A DNA stretch of 64,000 nt from a virus (taxonomy: Duplodnaviria; Caudoviricetes). Numbering within the stretch: position 1 is the first letter of the stretch; each line of letters starts with the position of its first letter. Below, piece by piece: positions 57,451 to 64,000 of this stretch. Below the pieces are notes generated by a model that searched no databases, was not told the DNA's origin, and saw only the letters and a program-made list of their open reading frames with translations. The translations under genes and the position numbers were made by a program. The DNA lies in IMG/VR virus record IMGVR_UViG_3300028591_000070, positions 32,001 through 96,000 of that record, one strand, 5' to 3'.

Positions 57451-59552
57451 TAAAACTCTTCCTCATCTCTAATTTGAATATTTATAGCTTGTCTAACACT
57501 ATGATATTGTCCATCTGCAGCTAAATAAACAGCATAAGATGGTACTTTATTTTGATCATTATGTGGAATCATTTCAGGTGTAATAATACCTAAATTATTT
57601 CCATTATAAGTTGTATCTATTCCAGACTTATTCTCAAAGTCTTTGTGTAGTTGATTTAATGTGCCGGCAGTTTTATTCCAAGTTTCTTTTTCTTGTTTAC
57701 CACCTAATTTACCTGCTCTTACAAAGTTTTGATTAGCATAATTTACAAAAATTGCAAGATTATATTTAAGACCTTTTAGTAAGCCTTCTAATTCTCTTAA
57801 AGAATATGGCTGATCAGCTGGAACTTCTTCTTCTGGAATATTCTCTAACAAAACTAATAAATCACTTAATTGAGTTAAAGTTGCTTTATTATAGTCTTTT
57901 TTAGAAAGAATGTCTAATTCTTTCATGAGAGAATAATGAATTTTATTAGGATTATTTACCCATTCTTCAACCTTAAATGTAAGAAAATCACCGTTATCGT
58001 AAGAAATATATGTTGGGTCTCCAATAAATGTTTGGCCATCATTTGTAAATTTATGGCTTTTAATAGTAGGTCTTGTATCACATTTTGTATCTAATTGTCC
58101 AGTACCATAAGGATAACCTAAATTTTTATCATTTTGTGCATCTCTTGTAGATTTTCTACCACCTACAAGCTTTTTAATCATTTCCCATAATTCATCAATA
58201 GTACGAGAAATAATACGACCATCCATGATGAGGTTTCCATCTTTCATGAAAATAGCTGGAATATCACCATATTGGTCTGCTGTTTTTCTAGATTCAGGGT
58301 CAAACCATAAAGGTACTGAAGCACTAGACTCAGATGATGTAAATCTATCAGACTTATCTTCTTTTATTTCTTCAAATGTTTCAGTTTGGATAGCGCCAAT
58401 ATTAGAGTCTGGGTCATTTCCATCATCTATTAAAATTTGCATTTTAGATGCAAGGTCAATATTTCCACTATTTTTGAAATATTCTCTTGCATGTGAGTCA
58501 ATTGATGGAGTAGTTGTTGGAATATAAGGTCTTGTAGTTTTAGCTTCGTCTGGAATATTATCATCTATTTTGTCATAACGATTAAAATCACCATTTCCAG
58601 AAAGAATTAAATTGTTATGAATAACTTTGGCTGATTGATTTAAGCTCTGATTAAAGTCTCTATAGTCAACAAAGTCTGCGAAGAAAGAACATCTAAATAA
58701 AAGCCAACAGTGTTTAAGAAGATATTCTGTAATATCTTTCATTGTTACGGCACCAGCTGAGTCTTCTTGTGTAATGAAATCTGAGAACGATGGATTAACT
58801 AATTGGAAATTAAAATATCTACAAAAATAATCCCAAAATGTTTTAGATTTATAGTTGAATACAACTTTATTATATGCTTTTAAGTTTGATATATTTTCTA
58901 GATATTTTTTAGAAAATGGTAAATCTTCTCTACAGAGGAAGAAATCTATATCTTTGTTATCAACTTTTGTAGGTAAGAAGTTTTCATCTATATCAAAAGT
59001 AATAAACTGATTAGGTGAACTTAAGTCAAAAGCTTCAGTTGTTTCAAACTCTTTAATAGACTCTTTATCCCAAACTTTAATACCAGGAGCAAAAGAAGCT
59101 CCACTATTCTGCAATTTAGCAAAATAATCACCTATTTCTAATAGCTGAGGTTTAACTTGTTCCAAATATTTTTGGAAGTCCATTGAAGAAAGTGATGTAT
59201 AAGTTGAGATATTAGACTTAGAAGGAGTGTCATTAATAAATAATGGTTTAGACCTTAAATCAAACTTTGGAAGAGCCAAAGCAAACTTTGAACGATGCTG
59301 CTCAAGAATTTCATTTTCATCTTCTGTTTCTTTAAGTTTATAATATTTATTATAAATAAAGTTATTAGAATTGAAAACAATAATCTTATGGTCTAATTCA
59401 AGAGGTCTTAATTTATTTTTTGTATAGTTTGTTCTTGGAAGAATTTTACCATCTTCGGTATAAAATAATAAATCAAAAAGATTTACTTTTGAAATATGAA
59501 CTTGGTAATTTTCAATAGAAACCTCTTGTTTCCATTCTCTAGATATATTCAT
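57450..59552 (-). CDS. large hypothetical (probably virion) protein
   Basis: Start moved to MNISREW: ACTAATTTATAC-ATG motif, and the track's GTG at 59591 lies inside a terminator stem. Confidence 0.75.
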   Translation of the reverse strand: MNISREWKQEVSIENYQVHISKVNLFDLLFYTEDGKILPRTNYTKNKLRPLELDHKIIVFNSNNFIYNKYYKLKETEDENEILEQHRSKFALALPKFDLRSKPLFINDTPSKSNISTYTSLSSMDFQKYLEQVKPQLLEIGDYFAKLQNSGASFAPGIKVWDKESIKEFETTEAFDLSSPNQFITFDIDENFLPTKVDNKDIDFFLCREDLPFSKKYLENISNLKAYNKVVFNYKSKTFWDYFCRYFNFQLVNPSFSDFITQEDSAGAVTMKDITEYLLKHCWLLFRCSFFADFVDYRDFNQSLNQSAKVIHNNLILSGNGDFNRYDKIDDNIPDEAKTTRPYIPTTTPSIDSHAREYFKNSGNIDLASKMQILIDDGNDPDSNIGAIQTETFEEIKEDKSDRFTSSESSASVPLWFDPESRKTADQYGDIPAIFMKDGNLIMDGRIISRTIDELWEMIKKLVGGRKSTRDAQNDKNLGYPYGTGQLDTKCDTRPTIKSHKFTNDGQTFIGDPTYISYDNGDFLTFKVEEWVNNPNKIHYSLMKELDILSKKDYNKATLTQLSDLLVLLENIPEEEVPADQPYSLRELEGLLKGLKYNLAIFVNYANQNFVRAGKLGGKQEKETWNKTAGTLNQLHKDFENKSGIDTTYNGNNLGIITPEMIPHNDQNKVPSYAVYLAADGQYHSVRQAINIQIRDEEEF

Positions 59553-59569
59553 GTATAAATTAGTAAATA

Positions 59570-59597
59570 AAAAAGGTGGCTTAATAGCCACCTTTTA
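59570..59597 (-). terminator. rho-independent terminator
   Basis: minus strand aaaaggtggct-atta-agccacctttttt. Confidence 0.88.
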
Positions 59598-59599
59598 TT

Positions 59600-61522
59600 T
59601 TAGTTTAATACATTTTCATATTTTTCTTTGTTTGCTAAGAAAACTTTCCATAATTCAGGGTCATAAGCATCCGTTGGGAAATATTCCATTGACTCATCAA
59701 TCATAGAGTAAATAAAGCATAGAATGTTATCAGCGGCTTGGTCTAAGTCATTATCATCATTATCCCAGTCGATATTTTTAGTTAATTCTTCACATAAAGC
59801 ATAAGCTTTAGCTTTATAGGAATTTTCACTCTCTTTAAGGTTTGTACTTTCTTCCAAATCAAGAGTTATACGATTATCATATCCATCTTCATATTCATCT
59901 CCATCTGGATGCCAATCTAAGTCATCGTCTTCCCAAAGTTCACCACACTCTTCACAAGTATAATCTTCATATTGATCTTGGCGAATAGTATGACCACAGC
60001 AAGGACATTCAGCAATATTACCTGTATAAGTACCTCTAGATTCTTTTAAAGGTGGTTTTGTATAATCTCCATTAGCAGTACAGTAATAAACTTCTGCACA
60101 ACCTTGTGAAATTGCATAAGCAAATTCTTTTCTCATGCTATTATACTCTTGTTCAGCTTTTTCTGCAGTAAATGGACCATAAATATCATCCCAAGCATCA
60201 TCACCTTCTGCATATTCCATTCTAATGTAGTATTTTCTTGCACCTTCTTTTACTGTGGTAAGTTTAACTGAACCTTCATCAAACTTAAAGTTTTCTTGGT
60301 TATCGTCCTCTTCTTTCTTAGCTTTTTGGTCTTTCTTAAACTCTTCATGAGCTTTAGAGATAGACTCATCTGATTCTTTAACAGTTGTAAGCTTTACAGA
60401 ACCTTCATCAAATTTGAAGTTTTCTTGATTATCATCCTCTTCTTTCTTCTGCTCAACATCTTTTTCATATTCAGCATGGGCATCATAAATAGACTCATCT
60501 GATTCATTTAAGATTGCTTTACCATTAAAGATGCTCTCAAGGAGTTTGAAGTTATAATTCTCTTTAAGATTATTAAGAGGCTTAGGATTATAAGAACTTT
60601 CTTTAATAAGTCTGCTTAATGCATCTGGACCATATCTCTTAATTAAGTTCTGCAAATCATTTAATGTGATGTTATAAACTTCTACCAAGTCATTTGCAGC
60701 TCTCTGTGCATAGTTTGCAAATGTATTACGAGATACATTATATTTTGCAGCAAGATTTGCAATATTCTTTTCAGCATTTTCACCTTTAGCCATATTAGCA
60801 ATAACTGTTTTGAATGCAATCATAGGGCTAAATCCATTTTTCTTTTCAGTTAATTCTGGATCTCTAGTAAATGCTCTAAACATTTTAAGGTTATCTCGCA
60901 ATTCAAACTCTTCTTCAGGATTTGCTATATCACTTGTGATGTCATCCTGTACCTCTCTATTGATTGAATGATCACCAGAACCTACCTTTTCATTGCTAGA
61001 ACTTGTAGTTAAATCTTGCTTAATATTACCTAAGTTTCTTGTAAGTTCAGTAGACATACCACCTGTGGCTTCAAGGTTGTTTGACATATAAAGAATTGCA
61101 CCTACTTTTGTATAATATACCCAAGTAAGATAATCTAATTCTCTTCCTGGTTTTACATACTTAATAAAAGGTCCAATTGTATTTGTATCTGTAATAGGAT
61201 AACCATCAAAAATTGCCATCCAAGAAGCTGATACCCAGTTATCAACAACATCGTTAGCTGAATACTCACCATTCTTTTCAGAAATGTTTAAGTGCTTAGC
61301 CCAAATGCTAATTCTTTTTCTATCTTTCGAGAACTTTGTCTCGATAATATCTTTCATCTGCCAGAAAATATATTCCTTTGCAGATTTATCGCCATTCATT
61401 GCGGCTTTTACAATTTGTACAAAATTTACTCCTTCCCATTCATCTAGAGAACTCTGAGGACAAATTTTTGTAAAAAGCTGTCTCCAATATGGTGTAATAT
61501 GCTCTTCATTTAATGTTTCCAT
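59600..61522 (-). CDS. sigma-70-like factor fused to acidic multi-module C-terminus
   Basis: IVKAAMNGDKSAKEYIF (region 2 start), DNWVSASWMAIF, NPEEEFELRD, IANLAAKYNVSRNTFANYAQRA (region 4 HTH); CPCCG..CEECG Zn ribbon. Confidence 0.55.
   Translation of the reverse strand: METLNEEHITPYWRQLFTKICPQSSLDEWEGVNFVQIVKAAMNGDKSAKEYIFWQMKDIIETKFSKDRKRISIWAKHLNISEKNGEYSANDVVDNWVSASWMAIFDGYPITDTNTIGPFIKYVKPGRELDYLTWVYYTKVGAILYMSNNLEATGGMSTELTRNLGNIKQDLTTSSSNEKVGSGDHSINREVQDDITSDIANPEEEFELRDNLKMFRAFTRDPELTEKKNGFSPMIAFKTVIANMAKGENAEKNIANLAAKYNVSRNTFANYAQRAANDLVEVYNITLNDLQNLIKRYGPDALSRLIKESSYNPKPLNNLKENYNFKLLESIFNGKAILNESDESIYDAHAEYEKDVEQKKEEDDNQENFKFDEGSVKLTTVKESDESISKAHEEFKKDQKAKKEEDDNQENFKFDEGSVKLTTVKEGARKYYIRMEYAEGDDAWDDIYGPFTAEKAEQEYNSMRKEFAYAISQGCAEVYYCTANGDYTKPPLKESRGTYTGNIAECPCCGHTIRQDQYEDYTCEECGELWEDDDLDWHPDGDEYEDGYDNRITLDLEESTNLKESENSYKAKAYALCEELTKNIDWDNDDNDLDQAADNILCFIYSMIDESMEYFPTDAYDPELWKVFLANKEKYENVLN
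60248..60505 (-). repeat. 2 x 129-bp (43-aa) in-frame tandem repeat
   Basis: ESDESI..AH....D...KKEEDDNQENFKFDEGSVKLTTVK twice. Confidence 0.92.
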
Positions 61523-61535
61523 TTATATATCTCCT

Positions 61536-62546
61536 TTAATTTGCGCAAAAATATGGTTCTGACCAAGAAGAACCTGTACTATAATTTACTTCTAACCCAT
61601 CATAAATGTCACCATCATATGCATGTTGAACTTTAGCATAGTCTGGAAGCTTTTCTAACAACTTTTTAAGGTCACCAACTGTAGTTACCCTAATAGTCTC
61701 TTCTCTTAAAGCTGTTTCTTTTACTTTAGCTTTTTTACCTTTAACTGGCTCATCATCACCTTTATCATCAAACATAAGGTGGTCATTATAATCAACATTT
61801 GTAAGATTACCATTTTTGCGTGATCTATAAAGAGGTTTATCATCTTCTCTAGAACGCCACCAAGCTAAGAAGTCATCAATAGTACCATTATCAAATCTCT
61901 TATCGAAATCAGTTCTTCCTATAGGATTATAGTTTGGTCCATCAAAGAATGTTTCACCTTCTGTTGTTTTATCTCTCTTAGGGTCAAATCTAGAATAGCG
62001 TCTCTTCTGCCATTCTTTTCTTTGTTTTTCATAATCACTCGGACCACTATATCCTGTTTTGTGGTCTGTACCATCACCTTTACCATTTGCAAATTCCTGT
62101 GGTTCATAATATTTTCTAGCATTTGATACATATTTATCAGGCTCTTTTGCTTTAGGTGGTTCTGGTTTTGTATATACAATTTCTTTTTCAGCAAGTTTAG
62201 CTTTTCTAGCTGCTAATCTTTCTTCAATTGACTGGCTAGATTTTGTAATAACTGCTTCTTCTACTTTTGGAGCTTTCTTTTCTTCTAATGAAGCATTAAA
62301 TTCAGCTTGTTCCATTTTATCAGTCATTTCAGTTAGAGCTGCCATTTTAGCTTTTCTATCAGCAAGTCTTTTCTCTAATAAAGATTCTTCTTTTTCTTTT
62401 TTATCTTCTGCAATACACATAGAAGGAACTACAATTTTTGCGCAGTTTTCAGGAGCAGCAGCTGCAATAGCACCACTCATTTGAGATGCACCACCCACAT
62501 CTTCCTTCATATATGCTTCTGCAATTTTGTCTTTTAATTCATCCAT
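61536..62546 (-). CDS. charged hypothetical protein, probable internal head protein
   Basis: MKED, LLEK, LTEM, LREE sites; late motif. Confidence 0.6.
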   Translation of the reverse strand: MDELKDKIAEAYMKEDVGGASQMSGAIAAAAPENCAKIVVPSMCIAEDKKEKEESLLEKRLADRKAKMAALTEMTDKMEQAEFNASLEEKKAPKVEEAVITKSSQSIEERLAARKAKLAEKEIVYTKPEPPKAKEPDKYVSNARKYYEPQEFANGKGDGTDHKTGYSGPSDYEKQRKEWQKRRYSRFDPKRDKTTEGETFFDGPNYNPIGRTDFDKRFDNGTIDDFLAWWRSREDDKPLYRSRKNGNLTNVDYNDHLMFDDKGDDEPVKGKKAKVKETALREETIRVTTVGDLKKLLEKLPDYAKVQHAYDGDIYDGLEVNYSTGSSWSEPYFCAN

Positions 62547-62576
62547 AAGATAATTAGTTCTCCACTATTTATAAAT

Positions 62577-63101
62577 TTAATTTGTATTTTCTTCAATATT
62601 TTCAACTTTTTCAACAGGTTTAAGCTGAGTTGCATTAGCCATATTAAACAAAGCTTGGAAGCCTTGTAAAACTTCCATTGGAGCAATTGTGTTTAATTGA
62701 TTTATTGTTGTATTTGCAGGAACATGCTCCTTTTCTTTTTCCTTCTCTTTTTCTCTTCTCTCAGCTAGCTCATTCTGTTGTGCTGCAGTAAATAATTGAA
62801 TAAATGGAGCTAATGATTTTGAAGCTAAGTCATTTTTATTAGTTGTAGCAGCCGTTAACATACCAACAAATGATGGGTCCAAATCCTTAAATCCATTTTG
62901 TATTGCATGCTGTTGTGCTGCTTGTACAAACTGATGATCTTCAACTTGCTCTTTAAATAAAGCTTTAGCATATTGCAAAACCTCAGCTTGTAGCTGTTCA
63001 ATCACAGATGGTTTTTCATCTTGAGTGATAGTAGGAGGATTATTTGGATTTTGTGTTGCTGGCGTTTGTGTGCTAGTTGGGACAATTTGTGTTGAATCCA
63101 T
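62577..63101 (-). CDS. hypothetical protein
   Basis: 174 aa; late motif. Confidence 0.75.
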   Translation of the reverse strand: MDSTQIVPTSTQTPATQNPNNPPTITQDEKPSVIEQLQAEVLQYAKALFKEQVEDHQFVQAAQQHAIQNGFKDLDPSFVGMLTAATTNKNDLASKSLAPFIQLFTAAQQNELAERREKEKEKEKEHVPANTTINQLNTIAPMEVLQGFQALFNMANATQLKPVEKVENIEENTN

Positions 63102-63140
63102 AAATAAATTAGTTAATATTTACAATAAGAGGAAAATAGA

Positions 63141-63920
63141 ATGATTGAATTTAAAGCATGCAGAAAATGTCATCATACTAAAGGTCCAGTTCCTGAAGGC
63201 TATTATATGAGTGAGTCGGTGAATCCTAGAACTGGTGTAAAAGTTCCTGTTATGATTGAATGCGAACATCATAGAGTTTGGCGAATTAAGAAAGCTGCAG
63301 AAAAGAAATTTTTGGATGGTGGTTTTAATAAAGACTTTTTTGACTACGATATTGCAGATTACAAAGGAAATGAGTCAATTTCTAATGTAAGCCGTTTAAT
63401 TAAATATGTTCACTTATTTGATGATAAAGATATAAAGAATGAAGTTGTAAAAAGTGTTTTATATTTATATGGTCCAAATGGTACGCAGAAGACAACTTTA
63501 GGTAATTGGATTGGCTCAGAACTTATTCAAAGAGGTATTTCTTGTCAATATGCTCTTATGAAGAAAATTATCGATGAACTTTGGGAATCTCAGCGAAATG
63601 AAGAATCTAAAGCTTATATTGATAAATTATTAAAGTGCGATGTCTTGGTTATTGACGAGGCTTTTTCAAAAGATAAAATTCATCTCTGGCAATCTGGAAA
63701 TCAAATTGGATATATTGATGAATTTTTAAGAGAAAGATTAAATAATAGAAAAGGAATTATTTTTATTTCAAATAATGCTCCAGATGAAATTGAGTCTCAA
63801 GGTTTCAGCCATTCAATTCATGATTTGGTAAACAGAGAATTGCTAAAAACAGATGGAGCAATGAAAATGGTTGATAAATATTTTGATAATATTGGAGAAA
63901 TTCCAGAGAGATTGTTTTAA
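63141..63920 (+). CDS. DnaC/IstB-like helicase-loader ATPase
   Basis: N-terminal CRKC..CEHH, LYLYGPNGTQKT, VLVIDE, FISN. Confidence 0.85.
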   Translation: MIEFKACRKCHHTKGPVPEGYYMSESVNPRTGVKVPVMIECEHHRVWRIKKAAEKKFLDGGFNKDFFDYDIADYKGNESISNVSRLIKYVHLFDDKDIKNEVVKSVLYLYGPNGTQKTTLGNWIGSELIQRGISCQYALMKKIIDELWESQRNEESKAYIDKLLKCDVLVIDEAFSKDKIHLWQSGNQIGYIDEFLRERLNNRKGIIFISNNAPDEIESQGFSHSIHDLVNRELLKTDGAMKMVDKYFDNIGEIPERLF

Positions 63921-64000
63921 TGGATAGGTTAGACTTAAAAAGAAAATTAGTTTGTGAAATGCCAGCTGTGCCTGCTTATTGTGATGTTCCTAAGTTTAAA
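63920..64000 (+). CDS. 3'-truncated ORF
   Basis: TAATG-coupled MDRLDLKRKLVCEMPAVPAYCDVPKFK... Confidence 0.55.
   Translation, partial: MDRLDLKRKLVCEMPAVPAYCDVPKFK

Noticed and set aside
59553-59591. GTG start for the 713-aa ORF
   Set aside because: It lies inside a terminator hairpin; ATG 59552 has the 12-nt promoter motif.
7757-62194. Numerous short alternative-frame and antisense ORFs in the track (e.g. 7757..7954, 21673..21996, 47295..47588, 58225..58527)
   Set aside because: They are nested in longer well-supported genes and lack SD, promoter motif or recognisable domains.
1-64000. Stop-codon reassignment (as in some gut jumbo phages)
   Set aside because: Recognisable genes are full length under the standard code, and TAG/TGA terminate genes at expected ends (e.g. 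sheath ends in TAG).

Overview
AT-rich, densely coding 64 kb segment of a large (probably jumbo) tailed dsDNA phage with a contractile tail. It uses the standard genetic code, and I saw no rRNA, tRNA, CRISPR array or integrase. Virion genes include a tail sheath, tube-like, gp25-like and gp13-like neck proteins, a tail-assembly chaperone and fibre proteins. Replication and metabolism genes include primase, SF2 and PIF1-like helicases, a DnaC-like ATPase, thymidine kinase, CCA-adding enzyme, Nudix and a DNA MTase. There are also GroEL, ClpP, an S41 peptidase and a glycosylation cluster (GT2, glf, GT32-like). Best candidate for a new system: a radical SAM gene followed by seven tandem, divergent paralogs that all begin M-[KNR]-T-[IV]-R-x-x-[TV]-F-E-T-N-S-S-[SA]-x-H. 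Other highlights: (1) replication/modification enzymes present only as fragments (PolA motif-A piece with an intein-like tail, C-terminal half of NAD ligase, MTase with its putative recognition segment in a separate gene); (2) three promoter classes readable by eye, one implying leaderless mRNAs; (3) a sigma-like protein carrying prohead-protease-type sites; (4) a probable +1 frameshift at UUU-CGA; (5) a hairpin that hides a start codon; (6) a protein with about 65 Cys in CxxC/CxxxC repeats that the ORF track mostly missed. All family assignments come from motif recognition; no searches were run.
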